The notes under the pieces were generated by a model. It worked only from the letters and a program-made list of their open reading frames with translations, searched no databases and was not told the DNA's origin. Both the position numbers and the translations under genes were made by a program. Of a stretch of 64,000 nucleotides of DNA, positions 12,606-26,469 are shown piece by piece (the stretch's first letter is position 1; each line of letters opens with the position of its first letter). Source of the DNA: Octopus vulgaris (lineage: Eukaryota); assembly GCA_951406725.2 (NCBI GenBank), contig OX597818.1:118730001-118794000 (forward strand), in the 5' to 3' direction.

Positions 12606-12871
12606 GATACATATAAAACCGTCGATTCAATAGCACTGTGTACAAACTCTATACTTGGAATGACCAACTTTAAATACTATTGGAATTTACAATGACCGAT
12701 TTTAAATAGTTTTGGAATTTACTCACAAGGTATTGGAATCTTATATGTAAAACATTCTGCCTCAATAATGAATCCACAAATGCAATATCCCTGCATATTT
12801 TCATTCCTCCACTTCACTCTCTATTTCGTATCTTATCTAAATTAACTATTGTTTAACCATTTTCTTAAACC

Positions 12872-12919
12872 GTCTCCGATGAAGGGATGTAATAAATGTC
12901 CTGGAAACAGTTGTAAGAC
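12872..12919 (+). ncRNA. Minimal type-I hammerhead-like ribozyme (core CCGAUGA)
   Basis: gtct-CCGATGA-agggat...gtcct-g-GAAAC-agtt-GTA-agac; stem I gtct/agac, near-palindromic stem III acagttgt. Confidence 0.6.
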
Positions 12920-15137
12920 CTTCTATTTATAAATATTCTAAGATCTTCACAGTCTTGGTCGTTCGACTAAAACCCTCGAAGGTGGTGCCCCAGCATAGCC
13001 ACAGTAAAATGGCTGAAACAAGTAGAAGATAAAAGGGAAAATGTGTGATTTCATTAAACAGGACTGTCTTTAAGGATTTCCAGGAACTTTCTATAGCACG
13101 GGGGCGTTATGCAACGCAAATAATAGGCCCATGCTGGATGAGACATTTTAACGAAATTATAGATGATAATCTTGTTTTATTCAGTTAACATGCAGGGTGG
13201 TTCTTTGTTTCTTAAATATAAGGTTTCAAAAATGATACTCATTGAAGAGGTGTGTGAACCTACAACATTTTGAGAACCACTGATATAGAAAATTAACTCT
13301 TTTTCTAAACATCAAACTTTTGTTAAAGGAGTTGTGCGTCTAAGCTATAAATTACAGAAACCGTAAGTTACTAGATAAATTGCTTTGCTTCGATTAGTTG
13401 TGTACTTTCACATTCCCACTTGTTTCAATTCCGCTACGGTTGACTTTGCCATTCGCCCGTCATGTCTTCACAAAACCTGTTAGAAATCAATTTCCTATTG
13501 TTTTCAGAAGATAACGTATCGATGTAGTAAAATAAACATCAAATATGGTTACCAACAAACTCTCAAGTGTTATTACAGCGATGTTTGTCGAAGTTATATA
13601 TTAAAATAATCTTTCAGTTAAGCGCTATGAATAGAATTTCTGATTAGATTATAATTCACAATAATTTAATGACCCATTTGTTATTATTCAATAAATCATC
13701 AGAAATATTTGACGCAAAAGCAATATTGTTATTTTATTACATCATTGACTTGTATAACCTTCTCTGACACAAATAATGTGAAAAAGTATTATCGAGCAGT
13801 ACAAATTAGAGGTGCGTTTATATCGATATTTCCAGGCTTAAAGAAGTGAAAACTTTGTAAGATTGCAATGCAATCATTATTGTAACGAAATGAAGGGAAT
13901 AATGAGATGCCCACACATGTCGAACAGTTGAGTAGGAAGTATGAAATTTTTTCTGGCATTTGCAGACATAAGGTGTATATTGACCACCAAACAAGAAAGT
14001 TATTCTTCACTGGTAAGAGATAACATCAGAAATATATATCAGGAAGTGTTTCTTCGATTGGAAAAACCTCAGATTAAAATATTAGTGCAAAACTGGTTTC
14101 AAATTTTAGCACATGGACAGCAGTTTCAGAAGAGGGAGTAAGCCGATTACATCGACCCCTGTTCACAACTAATATTTCTTTTATCAACCTGGTGGAATTT
14201 GAACTCAAAATGTAGAGACGGACGAAATGTTGTTAAACATTTTGTCAGCCAGCTCACCGCCTTATATTGGTGTAATAATTAAGCTAACACTTCCATTCCT
14301 TCAAAGCAATTAATAGTAGAATCGTGAAAGGATTAGCTGGGATATTTATGGTATTTGTTACGGTTCTCTGTTTCCTGGGTCCAAATACCTTCATGGTTAA
14401 CATAATTTATCTTAGCGAGATCGATAAGGCAGTGAGCTAATGAGCAAAACAAAAGAATGTTTGATCACGAGAAGCAAATTATTTGTGAATCTTATTCAGC
14501 GACAAATTGCAGAACCGTTTCTCCCGCACCCGAATGACTACAATACGACATAAGTAATTTCATAGTAACTAAAGTTATTTCAACTGAAAGTTAAATGTAA
14601 TCTCGGTATGCGCATGGCAAATATAAAAGAACTCTACACCAGAACACACAAGCAATATATAATTAAATTATAACGTTTATATGAATCACATACTTATTAG
14701 ATTGGCGTTAATATATCTCAGGAAAACATAGCTTCATAGAAAAACAGAATTATCGTTATGTTCATTTAGACACGAAACATAGTCACATGAACACACATTA
14801 ATACAACATGCGGATACCTCAGAGGAGGGAAATTAATTTGCCGTGACGAATATCGATATCATCGAAAATAAACCGGATAGTAAACGAATAAAAGATATTT
14901 TTCTTCAACTTGAACATGTTCCGAAGTAACATCCGTGATAAAAGCAAACTGTTAAAGTTTGAGCAAGTGATTCACGTAAAAGCGAGCGTGAAATTTCAGA
15001 CCAGCACCACACTAACTAGAAAGGTGTGCAAACCGAATGAAATGCAGATACGCATGTGTGTATATGTATATATATATACTTATATGTATGTGTGTATGTA
15101 TATATAAATGCATATATATATACATATGTATATATAC

Positions 15138-15439
<302 letters not shown>

Positions 15440-15569
15440 ATGTGTGTGAGTGTCGATGTATACATATATCATGTGTGTACTTATGTGTAATATATATATA
15501 TATATATATTTGTAAAAAAAGAAGTTCGAAAATGCTGCTATATTATACAATTTTTAATTTTTATATATA

Positions 15570-16790
15570 CATTATAACATGTTTCAGTTCCTGAAATGAA
15601 CCTTATCAAAAAAAGTTATATATAAAAAAAGACAGCTCATGCCGTCAAACACAAGAAATTCATTTACAATACACAACGGAGTCAGACATCTTAAAGTTCA
15701 GATATAGTTTGAAGTAAGTTCATTCATGCTATATGTTCAAAGTGTTCGATGCAGTGGCCCACGGTGGCGATACGTATTCAATACAAAAAACAGATCAAAG
15801 TGGTGGAAAGCAGTCAATACAGAAGATTGATGTTCCCGAAAGAGCGAGGAATTCATTTTTACCTTGAGCAATTGTGATGACCCATGGTGGGTGTTCGCTG
15901 GGTTATTCTGGTGAGTCTTGTGAATTGTTCGGGTTTTATAATGCCTGTTAGGTGGTCAGTCCAGCGTAGCGTGACGTCATCAACGTTTTGACCAATCGTT
16001 TCGTTAGGTGGCTTTAGTCAAGCAGAACGGTACGTCATCAACATTCTGACCAATCGTGACCTATCGCTGTATTATAACTGCCTCTTGTCTGTATCCTGTT
16101 TTGACCAGTCGTTTCGTTAGGTGGCTTAGTCAAGCAGATATATATAATGTGTGTGTGTGTGTATGTATGTATGTACGTATGTATAAGAAGTTATCAAGTA
16201 GCCAGCGTGAAAAACCAGTTAAGGGAAAAAATTTATACAAAACATAGACTCATTCCCTCAAAAAATAAATACATTCATTATATTAAGGCCTATTACTACA
16301 CATAAAGGCTTCAGGCTGTAAGTGACTCTTAAAGTAGTTCTGATTTAAGAGTCCCTTACAACGTGAAGTATTTACGTGTGGTAATAGCCCTTTATATAGC
16401 GTCTGTTAATATAAAATATTTTGTACGGCTCATGAGGTTCACTTGAAAAGTAATGAGGTTGTAGGGTGGGTTGTGATGGAGAGGAGTTAAGGAGAAAGCT
16501 TCGTACTATTATTCAAACTTCATTCTCGCTTTGTAAAAAGTGTGTATATTTAGGTGTGTGAGCTTCGGGTCATGGGATTGTCTTTTAGTGTTTCACAAAA
16601 AAGGTTGAAGTAGATAGTGCGGATGTTTGGTCAGCGGATGTGTGATAAGCTTTAGTTAGTTTGGGCTTTATTGGATTTAATTATTTGCTTTGGCTTTCTA
16701 AAGGGAAAGATAAAACTTTAGTCCTGCATTTGTAACTTAGTTATTGGATATGTCAGCATTTTTTCAATGGAATTTTGAAGTGCTTACAAA
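15570..16790 (-). mobile_element. Possible highly decayed Penelope-like element 3' region
   Basis: Minus-strand traces IYFN (PLE W/YFNPPF-like linker) and NSTKLS; duplicated tgacgtcatca...ccaatc blocks (15970-16140); decayed hammerhead-like end at 15575-15620 (TGATAAG-gttc..gaac-tGAAACATGTT). Confidence 0.35.
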
Positions 16791-16819
16791 AAAATGTAAG
16801 TAGGTCTACTATAACCTAA

Positions 16820-17035
16820 GGGCTGACCAAAGTCTTGTTAGTGGATTTCGTAGATGGAAAATGAAAGAAGGCTGCCGTATATGTATTTGTGTGTATGTGT
16901 TTGGTGTTTGAGTGGAGGTGTCTTTGTGTCATTGTTTTTCCCACCACCACCGCTTGAAACTGGTGCTGGTGTGTTTAAATCCACGTAACTTAGATGTTTG
17001 GCTAAGAAAATTCGATAGAATAAGTACCAGACTTG
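16820..17035 (+). mobile_element. Degenerate SINE family A (partial)
   Basis: ctactata...gtggattt-gtagatggaaa...cgcttga...gctggtgtgttta...gatagaataagtacc. Confidence 0.7.
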
Positions 17036-17083
17036 TAAACACACCAACACCTGATGTCAAGCGATGATGCGGTAGAATTACAG

Positions 17084-17133
<50 letters not shown>

Positions 17134-17315
17134 GCACACACACACACACACACACACATTTATGTATACGATGGGCTTCGTTCAGTTTATGTCTAACAAA
17201 TCCACTCAGAAGGCTGTGGTTGGCCAAGGTTATACTACAAGCCCGTGGTGCCACGCAGTAGGACTGAATCCGGAACCATTTGGTTGGGAAGTAAGCTTCT
17301 TACCACGCACCCACG
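17036..17315 (-). mobile_element. Degenerate SINE family A, opposite orientation, abutting the previous copy
   Basis: gtaaacacacca...gtcaagcgatg (CA)n ...caaatccactca...gtgccacgcagt.ggactgaa. Confidence 0.7.
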
Positions 17316-18015
17316 CATATAGCATTGCGCTCAGAATGTATCATGTCTTATTCAAGACATATTGATATTCGCATTTGATAAATTTCTTTTGTGGGTGGAG
17401 AGGAGATATTACAACAAGGATAATCGTAATTGAATTATCAGTTTGAAATTTATGAAGTCTTTGTATAAACATTGGTGTTCCTTGCTGAAATATTGGTCTC
17501 TCACTTTATCATTAATTGCAATATATATCGTACGTTCACCTGCAAATATAATACGTACAATATGGCAATTGGGAGATAAAAAAATCGTAAGAAATTTCAA
17601 CCTTTCCTACTAATTGTATTAGATTCTGTAAAATCTTTTGCTAGATAATATAAAATTGTGAAAGGTACCAAACTCACTCCTCTCAAAATAAAAGACCCAA
17701 TATGATTTTATTTAATAAAATATAAAGCCAACAATACATTATTCAAATTTCATGACAAATTATGCAGCATAGTTTTCAGCGCATTCCATTATTTCAATTA
17801 CTTATTTTGTATTGATAAAAATATCTGCACCAAATATGAATAAAGGTTACTTAAACATGCGACAAAAAAAGAAAGAAAATATGATGTTTTTTTAGTTGGC
17901 CAGCAACAGAGCGGCACAAAGACGATTCCTTTCAATAATATCACAGGTTTCTCGTGAGAAGACTAATGGAAAATAGTAGATAGATTCGCTTTGTAATTTT
18001 AGATATATTTATCCA

Positions 18016-18427
18016 GGCGCAGGAGTGACTGTGTGGTAAGTAGCTTGCTTACGAACCACATGGTTCCGGGTTCAGTCCCACTGCGTGGCACTTTGGGCAA
18101 GTGTCTTCTACTATAGCCTCGGGCCGACCAAAGCCTTGTGAGTGGATTTGGTAGACGGAAACTGAAAGAAGCCCGTCGTATATATGTGTATATATGTATG
18201 TGTGTGTATACGTTTCTGTGTCTGTGTTTGTCCCCACAAGATCGCTTGACAATCGATGTTGGTGTGTTTACGTCCCCGTAACTTAGCAGTTCGGCAAAAG
18301 AGAACGATAAAATAGCTACTAAATTTACAAAGAATAAGTCCTGGGGTCGATTTGCTCGACTACAGGCTGTTCTGCAGCATGGCCGCTGTCAAATGACTAA
18401 AACAAGTAAAAGAGTATAAGAGTAAAA
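18016..18427 (+). mobile_element. SINE family A, full length
   Basis: ggcgcaggagtgactgtgtggtaag...ggttcagtccc head; internal (TA/TG)n; tail cagcatggccgctgtcaaatgactaaaacaagtaaaagag. Confidence 0.9.
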
Positions 18428-18850
18428 AGTAGTGATCAATGCCGTTTAACACATATTTTATTCCCGCTAACTGTATATATGCATATTTCTTGTTCCAAAA
18501 GTACAGCTTAATAGAACATTTGAAATCCAAGCAAATAATATTCATAAGTGCTATCCAAACAACATACGTATCATATTGACATTTCTGATATTTGTAAATA
18601 AATGTACTTGAGAAGCACTGTATCTCAGCTGCAAAGGGAAAATATTATGGCTTCAAATATATGAAAATATTCCTTTAAATTCACAAAATACACTATAGTT
18701 CATTTTTACCACTATCTTTCATTATAAATATAGTTTAAAAGTTAGGCACAGTTCTGTTTAAATAAAACTTTATAAGGATTGCGATATCACAAATTTGATT
18801 TCGCTGGTAACAAAACCGAAAGTTAATAGATTAATATATATGCGAAGAAA

Positions 18851-19424
18851 GGCGGCGAGCTGACAGAAACGTTAGCATGCCGGGCGAAATGCGTAACCGT
18901 AATTCGTCTGCCGTTATGTTCTGAGTTCAAATTCCGCCAAGGTCGACTTTGCCTTTCATCCTTTCGGGGTCGATTAAATAAGTACCAGTTACGCACTGTG
19001 GTCGACATAATCGACTTAATCTGTTTGTCTGTCCTTGTTCGTCCCCTCTGTGTTTAGCCCCTTGTGGGTAGTAAAGAAATAGGTATTTCGTCTGCCGCTA
19101 CGCTCTGAGTAGTATTTCCACCGAGGTCGACTTTGCCTTTCTTACTTTCGGGGTCGATTAAATAAGTACCAATTTCGCACTGGGGCCGATGTAATCGACT
19201 GAATCCTTTTGTTTGTCCCCTCTGCGTTTAGCCCCTTGTGCGTAGTAACGAAATAGGTATTTCGTCTGTCTTTACGTTTTGAATTCAAATTCCGCCGAGA
19301 TTGACTTTGGCTTCCATCCTTTCGGGGTCGATAAATTAAGTACCAGTTGCGTACTGGGATTGATGTAATCGACTGGCCGCCTCCCCAAAAGTTTCGGGCC
19401 TTGTGCATAGTGTAGAAAAGAATA
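18851..19424 (+). mobile_element. SINE family B: head + three tandem units, the last with a different tail
   Basis: Units start ~18898, 19082, 19256; the first two end ...tttagccccttgtg-gtagtaa-gaaata, the third ends cctccccaaaagtttcgggccttgtgcatagtgtagaaaagaata. Confidence 0.88.
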
Positions 19425-19867
19425 CATATGCGAACAGATATGTATACGTATTAAAGGCATCTAAAAATGTGTCCATAGTATTGAATATAGGAACACTTCA
19501 TTCATGTCAGTGTGTACGCGCCCGCGTGTGTATGTGTGTGTTTGACTCATGATATTTTCTATAGAAATCAGTGCCAGCACTGAGAGTTACATCCTTTCGT
19601 ATACAAATAGTCGGAACTTTCAATACTGGCACAAAATTCTATACAAAAGATGTTGATATTATCTTAAAATTGAGACCAATATTGACTAGTAAATCTTTAC
19701 TATATTTGGTAGCATTTTATCGTTACAAAATGAAATACATTATCTTTACAAACAATCATTCACACATACACACATACATATACATTCATATATATATAGG
19801 TTTATATGTATATATATATATATATATTGATATGGGTGTGTGTGCGTATATATATATATATATTGAC

Positions 19868-19931
<64 letters not shown>

Positions 19932-20038
19932 TATTAAAAAAATTAAATAATAGATTAAACTGATTAGAACTTATAGTAAAATCATTCTTTTTCTTTTTTC
20001 AAATATACCCAACTGTACCAAGGATATAACACATTCTC

Positions 20039-20108
<70 letters not shown>

Positions 20109-20171
20109 GGAGTGAGAGAGTGAGAGACCGAGAGTGAGAGCGAAACAGAGAGTGTGAGAGAGAGAGAAGAG

Positions 20172-20690
20172 AAGCGCAGATGTAACTGTGGGTCAAGAAG
20201 CTACACGAGGCTTCGTGGCACCTTCGGCATGTATCTTCTGCTATAGCCTCGAGGCAACCAAAATTTTGTGATTGGATTTGGTGTACGAAAACTGGATGAA
20301 ACTCGTCGTACATACATGTATGTGTGTGTGCGTGTGTACGTATGCCTCTGTATGTGTGTGTGCGTGCGTACGTATGCCTCTGTATGTGTGTGTGTCTGTG
20401 TCTGTGTCTGTGTCTTTATGTCTGTGCTTGTCCCCCACATCCGCTTGGCAAACAATGCTGGTTTTTTTCTTACGTCTCCGTAACCTAGGAGTTCGGAAAA
20501 AGATTCTGACATAATAAGTATCAGATTTAAGAAAAATTATCTAGTAAATACTGAGGCCGATTTATTCGACTAAAAATTTTCCAAGGTGATACCCCAGCAT
20601 TCATCAGTCTAATGACCGAAACTAGTCAAAGATAAAAAATAACGGCGGTGCTCCAGCATGGCCACAGCTATGAGCGGAAACTACAAAAAA
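20172..20690 (+). mobile_element. Degenerate SINE family A followed by an isolated CR1-type 3' tail (20641-20690)
   Basis: Family A body; then aacggcggtgctccagcatggccacagctatgagcggaaacta, matching the CR1 3' UTR at 2753-2795. Confidence 0.7.
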
Positions 20691-21231
20691 TAATAATAAG
20701 ATATATATATATATGCATATATATCTAAAATACATTAAAAGTCAGCTTGGATTTTGCTTGCTTGCTTGCTTGCAATTACCCAGCGAACCTGCACATAATG
20801 GGAAAATACTATGAATTAAGTCGCCCCTGAAAGTTTAATACGAGACAGTACAATTTGCATTCTAAATATAACTCAAATATCGGAAACATAATTCTCATCT
20901 CTGTAAGTATTAATGTGTATATGTGTGGTATTGAAATGTTTTGAGCTTTGCGTGTTTTTCTAGTTTGTAAGTGTTATACTAATGTTCTCTAATGCAAAAG
21001 CATGAAATTGAAAGAGGCGTGATCGAAGCTACACAGTATAAACACGGACATGTTCCCAAATACAATCACACACACACACGCACACACGCGCACACTCACA
21101 CACACATACACTTCATGGAGAGATTCTCTCCAAAATTGAATGTTTTAAGGTAAAGCGGGGAATTTGCATTTTTATTGCAAGTATGGCTTATCCCTACAAA
21201 TGTTCAGGTATATATGTGTTTAGCAAAGGGA

Positions 21232-21560
21232 TGTTAGGAGCACTCCGTCGGTTACGACGAAGAGGGTCCCAGCTGATACGATCAACGAAACAGCTTACTC
21301 GTGAAATTAATGTGCAAGTGGCTGAGCATTCCACAGACACGGGTACACGTAACGTAGTTCGCAAAGAGATTCAGCGTGACACACAGTGTGACAAGGCTGG
21401 CCCTTTTTTAAAATACAGATACTATTCATTTTTGCCAGCAGAGTGGACTGGAGCAACATGTAATATAGTGTCTTGCTCAAGGACACAACGCGTCGCTGGG
21501 AATCGAACTCACAATCTTACGATCATGATCCGAATGCCTTAACCACTAAGCCACGCCCCC
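21232..21560 (-). mobile_element. SINE family D (tRNA head + gtgtccttgagcaagacac domain, tail type Z)
   Basis: Minus-strand head gcgtggcttagtggttaagg...gagttcgattccc; same head/domain at 32467-32800 and 47706-47940. Confidence 0.85.
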
Positions 21561-21565
21561 CTCTC

Positions 21566-21636
<71 letters not shown>

Positions 21637-21685
21637 AACATATATATATATATATATATACATATATAGATATATATATATATAC

Positions 21686-21751
<66 letters not shown>

Positions 21752-22203
21752 TATTTATTAAAGTTTTTAATTTGTAAATATTCTACTATTGTTATTTCAT
21801 GCAGAACTGCATTTCATCGAAAAATTGTCTCCAAAATTGAATGCTTGAAAGAATAGGGGAGACAGTATATTTTGTATTCTAAATATAACTCATAACTGAA
21901 ATGGGAGTAAAAGAAGAATGAAAGAGGTGATAGATGGACATAGGAAGCCAAACTCTTTCCGTGATGACCACACTGCACCTGTTTTTTGTTTTTGTTTGGT
22001 TGTTTTAGTTTGAAGAGGTCACCATCTTTAAACCTATTCCAATACAATGGTAAATGACTAATAAATAAATAATTAAATTTAATTTAATAAATAAATAAAT
22101 AAATGGTGAGTTGGAAGGAGGATCCGCCTTCTTTCTCTCTCCATCTCTCTACCTATATATCTGTCTGAATATCTATCTATCTCTCAGCCTATCTACATAC
22201 CTT

Positions 22204-22381
22204 TATTTCTACCTCTCCATCCCCACTGGCAATGGAACCTCAACGAAAAAAGCAAAACACAAGTTTCTCTTCTTCTAAACAAAACACCCCAAAATTCTGT
22301 TTTATATAAATAAACAAGCTGTTTGTACATTCAGAGAATTTTATTTGACAAGTTCGAGAAAAGGACGAAAGCGCTAATAAT
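22204..22381. repeat. ~180-bp repeat, second copy at 23352-23529
   Basis: tatttctacct...ttttatataaataa-caagctgtttgtacattca-agaattttatttgacaagttcgagaaa...gaaagcgctaataata present twice, ~1.15 kb apart. Confidence 0.85.
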
Positions 22382-23123
22382 ATTGAAGAAATAAAATGGT
22401 TTTTCAAAGATTCTGACGACTTTTTTTCTCAATATTCAGTTTCTGTACATCACACACAACACTCTATACATACATACATACATACATACATACATACATA
22501 CATACATACATACATACATACATACATAACGATATGTCAAATATATCTAAATTACCGACATGCAATGGATATTTCTCATATGCAAATCCAGACGATCTAT
22601 GCGTATATATAATACCCGATTAACAAATATAAACAGCTTGTATTACATACATTATATTTATTGATACATATATGTGCATGTTGAATTCTGGATAACTGTA
22701 TATGCATGTATATGTGGTTGTATGTATGTAGATGTAAATAGTTATGTTTAAACATACGTTTGAAATCTATGCCTTAGTTTATCGTTGGTGTCCTTGTAAC
22801 AACTCATCTATAGTATATAAATTTATAGTAGTAATTGTTTAACTATCTAGAATAGGATACCACGCTGTTAATTAATTTGTATTTGTTATTCGAGATATAT
22901 ATTTACCAAAAGCAAACATGTGGTGTATGCTATGCACACGCACGTACGCACACTCTCACTTCCTCTCTCTCTCTCTCTCTCTCTCACAAAGAAGAACGGA
23001 CGCACAGATATAAATATAAATACAAATATGTTTGTGAAGATTCTTGATATGAATTCCTCTGTTAAAAAACATCTTAATATTTCGAGATTACAAACTAATA
23101 TACACGCACACAAGACACACATT

Positions 23124-23156
<33 letters not shown>

Positions 23157-23529
23157 GCACACACACACACACACACTGATTCAGATATAGACGCATGCCA
23201 CAGAAAGACAGAATGGAATAGGCTGGATAATAAATTTATTGACCTCTTCGCTGCAGAGGTCACAGAATCTGGAACGAGAAACTCTGACAAATAAACTAAT
23301 AATAACTATAATAATGAGAATCCTCTTTATTACAGGCGCAAGGCCTGAAATTTATTTCTACCTATCCATCCCATTGGCAATGGAGCCTCACCCAAGAAAG
23401 CAAAAACACGGTTCTCTTCTTCTAAACAGACCCCCCAAAAATTCTGTTTTATATAAATAAGCAAGCTGTTTGTACATTCACAGAATTTTATTTGACAAGT
23501 TCGAGAAACGAACGAAAGCGCTAATAATA

Positions 23530-25150
23530 GTTTTTTTAATAGCTTTTTGTGCTGCTTTGCAGCGGTTAGGGTTTTTACGTGTTTTTTTGTGCTTTCTCTT
23601 CTCGAAAGAGGAGAGACAGCTGGTTGAAGAATGTCTGAAGACAGTTATAGTTACTCAGACATGTCATCGTCCGAGGTGGAGTTGTTGGAGGCAAAAACTG
23701 ATAAAAGAGAAGAGGAATTTTGCTGATGCTGCAAGGTACAAGGAAACAGAAGTGGATATCAGAGAATTCGGAAGACACAAAGAAGAAATGAACCGAGACG
23801 GTTTCCAAGTGAAGCTGTCGCCCCCGCAAGAGGTTAAAAACGGAATATGGGAAAAGACGATAATCTATCGAACCTTTTCGGTAAATAAAGGAAGAATAGA
23901 CGTCGTCACGACAGAACAAATAGAAAAAGCGTTAAAGCAGATTTGGGGAGACATTATATACCTGACTAGAGGCTCAACATTTGGAACAGTAGAAGTAAGG
24001 TTTCGTAATGCAGCAGCAGCAAGGAAACATGCAGAGTCGATAATTCGGAGCGAAGAAGTCGTGCTTTTGTCCACGTATAGAGGCATGAGAGCAACAAGGG
24101 CCACGTTTGAAGGAATCCCACCGGAGATTGATGTGACCTGGGTGGCAGATGCGGTTTTCTTTGGTAATGAGGACAACATAGTGGTGCTCCAGGCCAAGAA
24201 AAATGAATGCGTCAACTGGAGAGGTCAATCACTGGAGATGATAGTCCAGGGTTCAAAAGAATCAATGGAAAAGATTACGGAAACAATAATTATGGAGGAA
24301 ATAATTATGACGGTTAGGGTGGACGGAAGGGTTCCACGCCGCTTTAAATGTGGCCTGAAGGGACACATAAGAGCAGAATGTACATCAAAGCCAAGAAAAC
24401 GAGAGGAAAAGTGACCAGAAAATGCGGAAGAGAAGATAGAAGAGAGACGCAGAAGAGAAGTAACCGAAAAAGAAATGGAAGTAGCGGAAATACAAGAAAA
24501 TTAATGGGAAAATGTGACAGGAAGAAAAAGAGAAAAGGCAAGTAAACTAAACTGTAAACCCCATTCCACACCCATCTCGCCCACACCCTCTCAGACCCAC
24601 CCACTCCCTGAAGACACTAGGCCTACCCATTCACATCCGACACAAAAACAAGAGGCAAACACAAAGAAACCCAAAACCTCTCCCCTAAGTCAAAAAAGAG
24701 AAGGAAAAAGTGTAGGATTTATTTGTTGCTTAGCGACGAACTGTTAAGGGATTCGGCGGAATGGGACATAAAGTGTATTGGAAGTAAGGGTTATGATAAC
24801 GTGGAGCAATATCACTTGTGTGTAATACCAGATAAGAAGCAGGAAGAAAATACAAGAGTATATGGTTGGATTTTATTTTTGGGAAGTGGACTGCAGCTGG
24901 GGCTCATTCCCAGACTTTACGACGTACGATAGGTGGTTAGAGGAAACAGGTATCGATGTGTTGGAAGGTTCAGGATTTAAAAGGTAGAAAATGAGGCCAC
25001 CCGTAAGTGGGGCGAGTGGTTCCATTTCCATTTTTCATATTCATGTCTTCATACATTATAATATTCATTTCTACATTTTTATAAATGTTTTATGTCCCCC
25101 AATCTTTTATTTTGTCAACTCTATGTTAGCCCGCATGGGTAATAAAAAAA
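23530..25150 (+). mobile_element. ORF1-only (HAL1-like) L1/Tx1-type element, decayed
   Basis: Likely start ATG 23631 (MSEDSYSYSDMSSSE...), frameshift into NFADAA..., RRM-like region (FGTVEVRF), zinc knuckle RFKCGLKGHIRAEC (first C lost), K/E- and P/T-rich tail; no EN/RT; ends ctctatgttagcccgcatgggtaataaaaaaa. Confidence 0.7.
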
Positions 25151-25312
25151 TATATCTCAAAATCTAATCATTTCGTGCCAGTCACGAGGCCAAACATCCC
25201 TGAAAGTTTCATCCGAATCCATTCAGCGGTTCTTGAGATATTTTGTCCTCGGACAAACAAACAAACACGACTGAAAACAATACTTCAGCATTCGCTAAGG
25301 CGAAGGTAATAA
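25151..25312 (+). mobile_element. 3' end of a non-autonomous DNA element (Helentron/Crypton-type appearance)
   Basis: aaagtttcatccgaatccattcagcggttcttgagatat...(caaa)n...gaaaacaatacttc...ggcgaaggtaat, a terminal layout typical of such elements. Confidence 0.45.
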
Positions 25313-25874
25313 TAACGAAATAAGTAATGCGCACGCGGGCATATGTACATACACATATTTTTCTGTGTAGGATATCTGTGTTTGTTACGTGTGTGAAAGT
25401 GAAATGATGATTTTTCGAGATGTCTTCAATAATTAACTCCTATTTTTGCATACTCTGTTTGAAAGGCGTTTGCTTTTTCCCATTTGACAGACATAATATA
25501 TAGCAACTGAATGTTTCCGTAATACTTTTTCGCAAAATTGTTCAACAGTTAATTCCTTCTGTCAAATAGAAAACTTCCAAGTACGTAAATCCTGACAAAC
25601 TTCTTAATGTTTGCTGTCAAGAAAGCCAGGGACTTTGTGAATCGTATTAAGAACAAAGCTTCTCCAAGTGGTTTTCATCTTAGATAACAAATGTGTATAC
25701 TTCACATCGAACGTAATTGAAAACAAGTGAGTTGATCTTATATTAATTGTTTACGACTTATGTATCAAATAATCAATTATATTAATAGATTTTTTTATTA
25801 CCATTCTACAAGTGTTATTGTCTAATATGTAATACCGCTTACTATACTACATTCTCATCTTTGTGTTTTGTGTA

Positions 25875-25948
<74 letters not shown>

Positions 25949-26469
25949 AGCGTGTGTGTGCGAGCCTGCGTGCATGTAATATATATATAAAGACACGCAC
26001 GCACACACACACACACATATATATATATAATTCTTTAATATAATATTGTAATATTGATTTTGCAGTTATGATGCATTACGAATAATAACTTCTCATACGA
26101 TCGAGATTCTCTATTTGTTTTTTGTTTTGTTTTCGTTTGTTTGTTGTTTTTTGTTGCTGTTTTTTTTTTCTGGCTTTGAGCTACAGAAGTGTTTTCTGTT
26201 TTCTTTGTGTGTATTTCGATATCTGGCGCATATAATTAATTATGTGACGAACATCCATTGACAACTTTTACGTCACCAACTGTGAAACGTAAATTAAATA
26301 TGGATGCAATGTTAAAAACAATAAACAATTCAGTACTTTTTATTATCTTTGACGTTTGTATCGGGGCGCGATACGAACATACCTACTGGGGCAACATACA
26401 AACTAGGGCAACGTACCAATTGGGGTAACATACCAGCTGGAGCAACACCATTTGTTTTCTTATTATTTA

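Noticed and set aside
23470-23630. N-terminal ~55 aa of the 314-aa ORF, looks like a signal/TM segment
   Set aside because: Starts inside an unrelated 180-bp repeat; the plausible start is ATG 23631 in another frame, joined by a frameshift.
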